Shown piece by piece: positions 26,301 through 36,160 of a DNA stretch of 64,000 bases; position 1 is the stretch's first letter, and each line of letters opens with the position of its first letter. The DNA comes from Botryllus schlosseri. Taxonomy: Eukaryota. The position numbers were made by a program, and so were the translations under genes. Below the pieces are notes generated by a model. That model did no database searches. It saw nothing but the letters and a program-made list of their open reading frames with translations, and had not been told where the DNA came from. The DNA lies in the NCBI GenBank assembly GCA_051294905.1, contig CM119371.1:620001-684000 (forward strand). Reading direction: 5' to 3'.

Positions 26301-28557
26301 CACTGCAACTCATAGATAAACTCTGTCAACAATAACGCATATTGAGCAAGTCGTCAAGCGGCATAGCTAGACATATACTCTTTATTTGTTTCCGTTGATT
26401 TCCGAAGATTACATTGAAATGGGTGGGTTGAAATGGTACACATAATGTATGTGGCAAGTCCAAACTTTACAGTGGCGAATGATCGAAGTAACTCGAAATC
26501 CGTAATACGCAACAGTGAAGTTAGACCAGCGAATACGGTCTGAAATGATCACAAATTATTGAATGCTGGACCAAGTATTATCCAGCTATGTGGGCGGTGC
26601 GGCCACCCCCCAAGTCTTTGGTAACAACGAAGAGTACGGTGAAAAAAATTAGGCCATCGCCATTATGCTCGTAAGATCCACATCGAAACATGTAGGCCAT
26701 AAGATCATGAAATGAGCTCACTTTCATATTTAATTACGCATAAGTCATCGGACGGTACGTACCGTTTGTTTGCTTTCGTAAGATGGCAGAGTTAGAGTAG
26801 GGCAAAGGCTGAAATTGTAAAATAGCCAAAATTTATGGATGTGTTTAAGTCAACTATATTATGGAAATAATAGTGCGGTCGCACTCATATTCGCTCCAAT
26901 ATGTATGACATTTTTTCACATTAGCCTACGAGTTTTGAATCCGACGCTGATTATTATTGACTGTGTGCAAAGCAAGCATATACATTGACAATACACGGTG
27001 AATTTTTGCGATACAAGATTTGAGTAGGCATGCTGATTTCCCAGTAATTAATCCGACTACCAACGAAAATATTTTATGTGGTAAAATGTTTGTGCATCCT
27101 TCGGACATTGATATCTACAATGAATATAAATTCGTTAACTTGACTAGCTGTACATACGATTCAATCCACGTGGCAGAAAGTCACACATGTATGAAAAATG
27201 GCGTATACATTTATCTCAGTCAACGAGATATGTTGGAGCAAGAATCGGAACGACATAATTTGTTTGCTCCCGCTGATTTCGCGGCATTACGTGGACGTGG
27301 GCGGATTGACATTTTGCTACAGATTTATAATGTGACAACTTTGCAGCGTCGAGTTGACAGCAATTCAGAGTTCGTAACATAGACAAATTGATACTGCGAT
27401 TACGGAATGAAAACTTATCTGATTTTTGAAAGCGAAACTGAACATCACTGTCTGTGCTGGCAGAACGGCTGCCTTGATAATCTCTAAATTATTCAAATAG
27501 TAAAAAATACGACCAGGCAGAAACCAATGATGGATCACTAGAAAAATTTCGGATTTTTCAAATTATATGAAAATTAGAAGTATATAGCTGCGAATTTTTT
27601 TCAAACAAGACCAACATTTGAATAGTAGCTGCTATGTTGGTAATCCGAAATATTTTTTAAAAAAAGGTTCCAAGCCCGTGGTTGTTACACTCCGCATAAG
27701 TGTCAATTTCATGCACATAACCTGCGCAAGCATATAATGTAATAAAGGTAGTTTTCAAAACAAATGTTCGTTCTATAGGTATCACGGCATTAATATATAA
27801 TCGAGCATATCCCCCGTAACTTTATTATAAGTTGGAAACAACACAATTTCTCACTGGAAATTCGTCTGATAATTTACTGGTCGTGGCTTATCTTCAGACA
27901 ATACGCCTTTACGAGCTATCGTATTTTCTGATAGGCATATATGTTGCTACCATGTAAATTCTCAACTTAACGTACGCTATGCAAGATTGGCTTTCAACGC
28001 AATACGATAGTCGAGAGGCTCATCGGTTGCCTTTTCTAGAGCAAGCTGACCGTTATTTACTCACAATCTAGCAAACGTTCCGTTCTAATAAACTAGAGCG
28101 ATCGAACGTTCCGTTTATATGAGTCGATATAATTTCATGAAGTGGACCTCATCATCGAACTACCAATGCTTTGCGATTTCTTTTCATTGCATTTTTTTTA
28201 TTCTCAATTCCACTATTACAGATGTTGCGAAATATTTTTCATGAAGACGCATTACCAATTGCAGCTACGACTATGAGCACATGTTTGCTAGCTACTGCCT
28301 AATTTAATTTCATCGACAAATGTCATCATGATGTAAAATTCAACGTGTTCTACAAATAGCACGTGGATCATGAAATGGAAAATTATGTATGTCAGCAGGG
28401 AAGCATGCGAACCCCAAAAGCATCGGAGACAGTGTTGTCATGGCATAGTTTAGGTTTAGGTGCATCTATGTCAGTGTTTCTTAAACTTTTTCCAGTCGCG
28501 ATAACTGACTTTTATAGTCAAATATACCAGCATTATAAGCAGGGTTGCCATACCGTC

Positions 28558-28799
28558 TATTGCGACGCGGGAATCGACTTCTATATCGGACGAGCAAGCA
28601 ATCTTGTGAATCTCGCGATTTAACTATATTATGAACAAGCTATTCCGTATTGTATGTTCTGGACTGCTTGTATTTGAAACAGATGAGATTTGAGATACAC
28701 AACGCTTGCTAGTACCCATTGCCAGATTTAGTGTGCAGCAGACAGGATCCCGACACCTGATAAAGCGCCACTCATCGATTTCAGTGCCGCGTCGGAACA
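28558..28799 (+). repeat. 5' LTR (242 bp; lacks 163 bp present in the 3' LTR)
   Basis: TATTGCGACGCGG...CCGCGTCGGAACA; two mismatches to the 3' LTR over the shared part. Confidence 0.95.
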
Positions 28800-28809
28800 A
28801 TTCACAAGA
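28800..28809 (+). promoter_or_regulatory. Putative self-priming primer-binding site
   Basis: ATTCACAAGA directly abuts the 5' LTR and is the exact reverse complement of TCTTGTGAAT at 28602-28611. It has no TGG (tRNA CCA complement). Confidence 0.55.
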
Positions 28810-28958
28810 AGCCTATTTAAGCCGATATCTTCGATACGCTCTTCGATTCAGGCACCGCATGTGCAGTCTACATTCAAGGCTCTTCTGCCCTACGAAGAGC
28901 GATCGACCCTGCTCGTCACTAAATCTGTTAATACTTAAGGAGTTTCGTTACGTTTGAG

Positions 28959-29630
28959 ATGTCGTTTGTGAAATCTCCAACGGATTCTCACAAGTCTCCA
29001 ACCTTGGCACCGACCTGGAAGCCACTAGCTAAGATGACGGTCGACGATTTACGAGCCGAGTTACAAGTTCTTGGCGAAGCTACCAGTGGAAGCAAAGCTG
29101 TATTGACAGAGCGATTAAGAAAAATCCGCGATTCCAACAAACCCTCGCAAAAGAAAGAGTCGACGCCCTCTCCATTGAGCACCACTGAAAATCCATCTGA
29201 ACTGGTCATGCTTTTTCAGATGATGAAGCATCAGCAAGATCTCGATCGCCAGCAGCAGCAATTAGATCGTGAAGCTGATCGCCGGCAGCAGCAATTAGAT
29301 CGTGAAGATGCCGACCGCAAGTTTCAGTTGCAGCTTGAAGAGCTCAAGCAGAGACAGGTGCTGGAGCGTGAGGAAAGCGAAAGACGGTTTCAACTGCAAC
29401 TGGAAGAAATTCGGCAGAAGTCATTAAAAGACCAACTCAACTCGGGCCACCCATCGGCAAGTAACGGCGATCCATGTCTACCTGAGGTCATTATAAGAAA
29501 ATTCAGACGTATGCATGCCGAAGTTGTCGAGTCTTTGCAAGCGCTTGAAAATAAATATCGGAACCCCACCTCTTTCGAAGAGATCAACGTCTTCATACGA
29601 TCAGTAGATATAGCAATGACCGATCTCTAG
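28959..29630 (+). CDS. Gag N-terminal part: SAP domain and Q/E/R-rich coiled coil
   Basis: LAKMTVDDLRAELQVLGEATSGSKAVLTERL is a SAP consensus. Same frame as the downstream ORF, separated by a single TAG. Confidence 0.8.
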   Translation: MSFVKSPTDSHKSPTLAPTWKPLAKMTVDDLRAELQVLGEATSGSKAVLTERLRKIRDSNKPSQKKESTPSPLSTTENPSELVMLFQMMKHQQDLDRQQQQLDREADRRQQQLDREDADRKFQLQLEELKQRQVLEREESERRFQLQLEEIRQKSLKDQLNSGHPSASNGDPCLPEVIIRKFRRMHAEVVESLQALENKYRNPTSFEEINVFIRSVDIAMTDL

Positions 29631-29696
29631 ACATTCGTTGATGCCAAAATCGACCAGCTTAACGATGGTGATTTAAAGACTGAAATCGTTGATGGC

Positions 29697-32600
29697 ATGA
29701 GAAGTTCGAAAGAAATTTATCTGGCACACCTCCCTCTTGCCAAATCGAAATCTGCATCACTTAAAGCTGCCGAGGATGCCGAGAAAGCCGCCGGATCGCT
29801 CCCCAGTGGAATAGTGCCACCTACATTCAACGGCGACATTTTGACATTTCCCTCATTTTGGGAGTCATTCGAGCCGCTGGTTCACGAAAATCCAAAGGTC
29901 AGTCGGTTTTACAAAATTACTTATTTAAAGGCGGCTCTCAAAGGATCGTCATCCGGCCTTCTTAATGGGTTCCCTTCGACGGCCGTGAGTTATGAGCCTG
30001 CCGTGGACGCTGTCCTTAAAAGGTACGGGAAGAAACAAGCCATAGTGAGAAATCACATCAAAGACTTGCTGCAAGGTGAGAAAGTCGAATTTAAGATCGA
30101 TAAAGTCAGGAGGCTACTCGATGCCGCCACTGCAAAAAGGGCGATATTAACGCAGTATGACGTCTCTTGGGACCAACTGTTTACACAGGTACTCGAGTTT
30201 CAGCTGCCGGGTACGCTGCGCGAACGTTGGATCAGGAAAATTAGTCCTATGATCGATGACGATGAAGTTCCTGATTCCGATCTCTTGTTCGAATTTCTGA
30301 CTACCGAGTTGGCGACGATGGAGTCCTTGCAGTCGCAGAGTGGGCGTCGCCCTACTGACGCACGTGACAAGCCGCAACATAAAGATAAACTGACTAGTTG
30401 CGTTGCCGGTGAAGTTGAAAAATCGTTTTCTGCGCAATCCCTGGTAACGCAATCCGTAACGCCATGCTGTAGCTACTGCTCGAGTCCTCATATGTTAAAA
30501 TACTGTGACGAGTTTTTGAATTTGACTCCCCCCCAGCGAATGGCTGACTTGGTCATGAATAAGCCTGGAAAAGTATGTTTCAGATGCTTATCTCCGAAAG
30601 GGCATGAAGGTCATCCGAAGACATTCCACCAATGTAAGGAGCGTTGTTCCGTCGTGGGCTGTGGGAAACCCCACCACGAATTGCTACACGTTTCTGGGGA
30701 ACCATTGGGCGACGTCAAGTGTATGGTTTCAACCATTGGCAAGCCTCTTTCCGCCCCTGTTTTGCGAGATGCGGACATCGACACATTACTGCCCACTGCG
30801 TTAGGAAGCATCAACCACAATGGCGAAAGGAAACAGGTTAGAATCGCATTCGACTCTTTTTCCCAGAAGAGCTTTGTAACCCGTGGACTAGCAGATTCGT
30901 TGAAGCTAACGCCAACTAAAAGCGATTGCGTGGACATTAGTGGATTTGGAGGTAATTCTGCTTCAAGTGTTGTGGACGTTGTAAAATTCACGCTAGAGTC
31001 CACTGATGGCTTCGAAAACGTTAGTGTTGAGGCTTACGTTCAAGAAGGCGTGATTTGTGCGCCTTTAAGAAATGTAGATCTGTGCGCTAGTCAAATTTCT
31101 CACTTAGACGGTCTGAACCTTTCCGACCCCCTTCCAAGGAATAATTGGACCATTGATATTCTTCTCGGAGGGCGATACTATTTTTCGCTGATGCAGGGAG
31201 AGGTGATTAGTCCTGATGTTCCGGAAATGGGGCCTTATGCGATCAAAACTATATTTGGCTGGGTGTTGGCGGGTCCTTGCGTTAAACTGGAACAAGATAG
31301 GAGTAACACCTCTAGTTGTCTACTTCTCACAACTACACCAAATCACGATTCATTGAAGTCAGATCCATGGCAGTCGTTGAACGACAAGTTGGAAAGATTT
31401 TGGGATCAAGATAGCATCGGTATTTGTGACAAGAAGACTATTCCTACTGCAGAGGAACGGGATGCCGTGGAACAGTTCGAAAGGTCGGTTCAGTTTGACG
31501 GCTCTAAATACGTTGTTTCCTTGCCATTCAGACGTGACGTGCCGGATTTGAAATCCAATTACTGCGAGGCCTATTCAAGATTGCTTTCAGCAGAGAAGAC
31601 GCTGCGTAGGAATCCTGAGAAGTCGCGAAACTACGACGCCGCAATCATGGAATATGAGAAAAACGGGTTCTCGAGAAAATTAACTCAGGACGAGTTCGAA
31701 GAAATTGGTAAGCTCCCTCATTACTTTGTCCCGCACCACCCGGTATTCAAAGAATCCAGTACCTCCACTAAGCTTCGCATAGTATTCGACGCGAGTGCTC
31801 GAGATTGCCAAGGTATGTCACTGAACGACTGTCTACTCAAGGGGCCGAACTTACTACCTGATATTGCGTCAGTGTTACTTCGTTTTCGTACTCACAGGAT
31901 TGCGCTCAGCGGGGATATCAAAAAGATGTTTTGCCAAACAGGTGTTGTTCCAGACCATCAAAGGTACCAATTATATCTTTGGCGTAATTGTGACTCTACT
32001 CGACCACCCGATGTTTATGTTATGACCCGGGTTATGTTCGGCATTACCTCCAGTCCGTTTCTTGCAATTCATACCATTCTGCATTACTCTCGTTTGCAGG
32101 GAAAGGATGCGGAAATTTCGAACATAATTGAGAAAAACATGAACGTAGACGATGTTCATCTTGGCGGCGATAACGTTGACGAAGTACTCGCATTGCAACG
32201 CCGATTAGTTGATTTCTTTCGGGCAGGTGGATGGACGTTGGTCAAATTTGGATCGAATAGCCGTGAGTTGATCGAACAAATTCCGAAGCACGCACGATTG
32301 CCAAACTGCGAGCTGGATTTAGACGATGCTAAGTGTGGCGAAGCCTCTTCGTTAGGGCTGAAGTGGCATACTCTTGATGATCTGATGTATTGTAATGTGA
32401 CTCCAAAACTCTGCGAACAAGACAAATTGGTTACTAAAAGAACCATGCTGAGCAAAGTCAGTCAAATTTATGATGTTTTCGGGTATTTTGCAGCCTTTGT
32501 AGTTCGCGTCAAGATTCTTCTCCAGGATTTATGGAGAAAGAAATTGGATTGGAACGATGAAGTCGATGAAGTCACAGCCACCAAGTACCGTCAATGGACA

Positions 32601-34730
32601 GAGGAACTGGCCTCGCTTGAATCTATAAAGATACCAAGGTATCTATTCGTTGGGCTTCTTGGTTTGAAGAACATTCAACTCCACGGATTCGCCGATGCAT
32701 CTGAAGCCGCTTACGGCGCCGTCCTATACCTCAGAGCCATGGACGAGGAAGGTACAGTAGTGATTCGTTACCTGATGTCGAAAACGAGAGTCGCTCCTTT
32801 GAAAGCGATGTCCGTTGCGCGACTAGAACTAATGTCGGCACATTGTCTCGCTAAACTAGTTCGGTATTGCTTAGACGCTTGGTCCTCGGTTCTAACTGTC
32901 GACAACATTTATTTGTGGTTAGACTCGCAGATTGCTCTCGCCTGGCTCGCCAAGCCGAGTACATACTGGAAAACCTTCGTCAGAAATCGAGTGCAGGAAA
33001 TACATGATCTTGTCTCGCCGGACGCCTGGCGGCATTGCCCCGGTTGCGAGAACCCAGCAGACCTACACAGTCATGGCATGAGTCTCCACGACTTGAAGTC
33101 GAGTAGCGTATACTGGTATGGACCGCATTGGCTAGTTGAGGACGAGTCATGTTGGCCAACAAAAATTTTCCCTAACAATATGACTTTGGACGCCCCGTTG
33201 TTGGAAAGTGCAAGTAATGTCCTTGTTGCTCATATTAAAGATTCGGTTCCATTTTTTGAGAAAGATTACAGCGACTTCAACAAGATCGTTCGTATCACCG
33301 CGAGAATTCTTCGTTGGAAGAATCGCAACTTTTCGGCATTGGACCCGCATTGCGACGACGTCCTAATTGGACCGAATGAGTACAATCTTGCCAGAGATCA
33401 TTTATGGCGCCTCGTACAGCGATCCGAATTCGCAGGCGACTTCGACGATCTTCAAGGTGGTAAAGACGTGTCGCGTAAGTGCATATTTATCAACATGGAC
33501 CCTCAGTACGATGATGATCGCAAATTAATTGTAGCAGGAAATCGTTTGCTACTATCCGATTTACCGGAGTGTGCGAAACATCCCGTAATACTTCCTTCAA
33601 AACATTCTCTCGTCGAAAAATTCATCTTGCATGTTCATACTACGAATTCCCACTCTCCACAGGATACCACTATTGCAATCATCCGCGAGTATTACAGTAT
33701 TATCCATATTCGGGGCGAGGTTAGGCGAGCCCTACGTAAATGTATCACATGTCGACATTGGCGCACGAAACCCTTGACCCAGAAAATGGGAATACTGCCC
33801 CCAGAAAGAATTTGTGTAGCTCCTGCATTTTCAGAAGTGGGTCTTGATTTTACGGGACCCGTTTATATCGACACTGGTACCAAAACTATGCAGAAGGCGT
33901 ACATCTGTCTGTTTACCTGTCCCCACAGTAGGATGGTTCATTTTGAATTAACGAACAGTATGTCAACTGAAGAGTTCTTAGCTGCATTGAGACGCATGAT
34001 GAACCGAAGAGGTTGGTGCAGAGAGATAATCAGCGACAACCAGAAAACCTTTAAGAAGGCTGAGAAGCTCATCAGACTATCCATCCGTGCGCTATTCAAA
34101 GGTACTGCTGATAACGAAAAATTGCAGAAATTCATGACCGACAATGGTATCCACTGGAAGTACATAGTAGAGCGTGCGCCCCATCGCGGAGCGTTCTACG
34201 AGAGAATGAATCGCTCCCTCAAAGAGCCACTCCGGAAGATATTAGGTAAGGCCAGTCTAACCTACGTTGAAATGTATGCCGTACTTACAGACATCGAATG
34301 CGCACTCAATCAAAGGCCGCTGACCTATTTGGGAGCCGACTCCCGGAATCCGCAGGCTATTACGCCGGCTCATCTCTGCATTGGACGTCCGCTCGGTCAA
34401 CTACCGTACTTGCCTACACGCGCCAACATTACGAAGCGGTTCCGATATCTGCAGACACTGCTCAAACACTTTTGGACAAGGTGGAGCAAGGAGTATCTAC
34501 CTTCGCTGCTTCGACGAAACAAATGGAACATTCAGCAACGAGCCCCAAAGATAGGAGATGTTTGCCTTATTGCAGAAGACGGGCTAAATAGACCGAGTTG
34601 GCTCACGGCACGAGTCATCGATACGATTGAAGGCAAAGATGGCCTTGTAAGGACGCTCAAGTTGAAAACGGCAAAAAGTATATTGACTCGTCCCATTCAG
34701 AAAATTCATCTGTTGGAACCTGTTGACTGA
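29697..34730 (+). CDS. Bel/Pao Gag-Pol remainder: Gag core, Cys/His knuckles, aspartic protease, RT, RNase H, integrase
   Basis: PTFNGD..FPSFWESF; C..C...H...C and C..C.KPHHELLH; FDSFSQKSF and DILLG; PHHPVFK, KLRIVFDAS, SLNDCL.KGPNL, DIKKMF, FGITSSPFLA, NVDD; LHGFADASEAAYG, RLEL, NPAD; GLDFTGP, SDN, YER, GKDGLVR. Confidence 0.95.
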   Translation: MRSSKEIYLAHLPLAKSKSASLKAAEDAEKAAGSLPSGIVPPTFNGDILTFPSFWESFEPLVHENPKVSRFYKITYLKAALKGSSSGLLNGFPSTAVSYEPAVDAVLKRYGKKQAIVRNHIKDLLQGEKVEFKIDKVRRLLDAATAKRAILTQYDVSWDQLFTQVLEFQLPGTLRERWIRKISPMIDDDEVPDSDLLFEFLTTELATMESLQSQSGRRPTDARDKPQHKDKLTSCVAGEVEKSFSAQSLVTQSVTPCCSYCSSPHMLKYCDEFLNLTPPQRMADLVMNKPGKVCFRCLSPKGHEGHPKTFHQCKERCSVVGCGKPHHELLHVSGEPLGDVKCMVSTIGKPLSAPVLRDADIDTLLPTALGSINHNGERKQVRIAFDSFSQKSFVTRGLADSLKLTPTKSDCVDISGFGGNSASSVVDVVKFTLESTDGFENVSVEAYVQEGVICAPLRNVDLCASQISHLDGLNLSDPLPRNNWTIDILLGGRYYFSLMQGEVISPDVPEMGPYAIKTIFGWVLAGPCVKLEQDRSNTSSCLLLTTTPNHDSLKSDPWQSLNDKLERFWDQDSIGICDKKTIPTAEERDAVEQFERSVQFDGSKYVVSLPFRRDVPDLKSNYCEAYSRLLSAEKTLRRNPEKSRNYDAAIMEYEKNGFSRKLTQDEFEEIGKLPHYFVPHHPVFKESSTSTKLRIVFDASARDCQGMSLNDCLLKGPNLLPDIASVLLRFRTHRIALSGDIKKMFCQTGVVPDHQRYQLYLWRNCDSTRPPDVYVMTRVMFGITSSPFLAIHTILHYSRLQGKDAEISNIIEKNMNVDDVHLGGDNVDEVLALQRRLVDFFRAGGWTLVKFGSNSRELIEQIPKHARLPNCELDLDDAKCGEASSLGLKWHTLDDLMYCNVTPKLCEQDKLVTKRTMLSKVSQIYDVFGYFAAFVVRVKILLQDLWRKKLDWNDEVDEVTATKYRQWTEELASLESIKIPRYLFVGLLGLKNIQLHGFADASEAAYGAVLYLRAMDEEGTVVIRYLMSKTRVAPLKAMSVARLELMSAHCLAKLVRYCLDAWSSVLTVDNIYLWLDSQIALAWLAKPSTYWKTFVRNRVQEIHDLVSPDAWRHCPGCENPADLHSHGMSLHDLKSSSVYWYGPHWLVEDESCWPTKIFPNNMTLDAPLLESASNVLVAHIKDSVPFFEKDYSDFNKIVRITARILRWKNRNFSALDPHCDDVLIGPNEYNLARDHLWRLVQRSEFAGDFDDLQGGKDVSRKCIFINMDPQYDDDRKLIVAGNRLLLSDLPECAKHPVILPSKHSLVEKFILHVHTTNSHSPQDTTIAIIREYYSIIHIRGEVRRALRKCITCRHWRTKPLTQKMGILPPERICVAPAFSEVGLDFTGPVYIDTGTKTMQKAYICLFTCPHSRMVHFELTNSMSTEEFLAALRRMMNRRGWCREIISDNQKTFKKAEKLIRLSIRALFKGTADNEKLQKFMTDNGIHWKYIVERAPHRGAFYERMNRSLKEPLRKILGKASLTYVEMYAVLTDIECALNQRPLTYLGADSRNPQAITPAHLCIGRPLGQLPYLPTRANITKRFRYLQTLLKHFWTRWSKEYLPSLLRRNKWNIQQRAPKIGDVCLIAEDGLNRPSWLTARVIDTIEGKDGLVRTLKLKTAKSILTRPIQKIHLLEPVD

Positions 34731-34742
34731 CTACTGTCGGTC

Positions 34743-34759
34743 AAGGGGGGGGGGGAGGA
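34743..34759 (+). promoter_or_regulatory. Polypurine tract
   Basis: AAGGGGGGGGGGGAGGA immediately before the 3' LTR. Confidence 0.9.
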
Positions 34760-35164
34760 TATTGCGACGCGGGAATCGGATATTTCGGCGACAAGCATTT
34801 CGCGGCTAGTCGGTTTTCACGTCGGTCTTTACGTCCAATCGATTGATTGTTATTTAATTTGATTGGTTAATTTAATTGTCGCGGCGTCCGTTCTCGTTTT
34901 TCTTCATGTCTCGCGGTTCCTGTTTCATTTCTCGCCAATCGACTTCTATATCGGACGAGCAAGCAATCTTGTGAATCTCGCGATTTAACTATATTCTGAA
35001 CAAGCTATTCCGTATTGTATGTTCTGGACTGCTTGTATTTGAAACAGAAGAGATTTGAGATACACAACGCTTGCTAGTACCCATTGCCAGATTTAGTGTG
35101 CAGCAGACAGGATCCCGACACCTGATAAAGCGCCACTCATCGATTTCAGTGCCGCGTCGGAACA
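34760..35164 (+). repeat. 3' LTR (405 bp)
   Basis: Begins TATTGCGACG after the PPT, ends GGAACA before the TSD. Confidence 0.95.
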
Positions 35165-35699
35165 CCGTCCTTATTTCTAAGATTTGTCCTTATTTTGAAG
35201 GGCCACGTCTTAGAAAACTCGACTGTCCTTATTTCTAAGAAATGTCCTTATTTTCGACTTGCGTCCTTATTTTGTCTTATTTTCAACCACTACAAAACTT
35301 CGATCGTTTTCTTCTGGTATCTATGTTGCATGTTGCATAATATTCTAAAATTAAGCTTATTCGTCGAGATTTTATCACATAAATGAAAGGAACTCTCGTG
35401 ACGTACACACCACAAGATTTGACTTCTAAATGGTGAGATAGCTAGAGCAGTGAGTGGGGGTACAGCAGTTTCGGCTGTACCAAGCTACCGCAGCGGACGT
35501 CATTTTAACAGTAATGCCTGGCTATTGCTGTTTGGTGCACAGCAGAATAAGCTCAAGCTGTGGGGAAAGCCGCATTTATTGCGTAGTGAAAAAAGGCGCA
35601 GTGCAGTCGATACATTGGTTAAAGAGTAGTAAAGCTCTAAATCATTGATAAGTTTCTCCAAATTATATTGCACTTGCGCATATACTTTTAAATCTGATT

Positions 35700-36160
35700 A
35701 GTGAAATAAACAGGCGTAAAAACGTTTTTCGTGTCGATTATGAGAGAGAATTCAACGGTATCTAACGAAGATTGCAGGGCGAGTGTTTCCCACATAGCAA
35801 TATCTGCAATTGTGACATTAACGTGGAGGCCATAGGAGAGACCGCTATTTCAACTTACATTGATACCCCAAAACACAAGAAGTGTGTCATGATGAATAAT
35901 TTGAGCCAGTCAATGAATAATTTTTCCACAAGTCGATCAGCACCAACGACCTCAGACTACAAGGCAGCAGCTGCAGAGGGTACCTAGGCATTCTATACTG
36001 TCAAACACCAGCAATCATTCCTCACCAACGATTACACATCGCAATTGTTCGAAGCAATATTCTCCGATTCCAACATTGCAAATAAGTTTTCTTCGGCCAG
36101 GACCAAGACGACAAGCATTGTTACTGGAGTTGTTGCTCCATACGCTCAAAAATGATTTGT
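35700..36160 (+). pseudogene. hAT transposase N-terminal remnant
   Basis: NICNCDINV...KHKKC zinc-finger-like segment, then AAAEGT*AFYTVKHQQSF...IFSDSNIANKFSSARTKTTSIV. Truncated. Confidence 0.7.

Larger units (their letters stand above)
28558..35164 (+). mobile_element. Bel/Pao LTR retrotransposon, 6.6 kb
   Basis: Paired LTRs, 5-bp TSD CCGTC (28553-28557, 35165-35169), polypurine tract, and a gag-pol with Bel/Pao domain order. Confidence 0.97.

Noticed and set aside
30147..34591. Short antisense and alternative-frame ORFs overlapping gag-pol
   Set aside because: Shadow ORFs of the long coding frame with no recognisable motifs.
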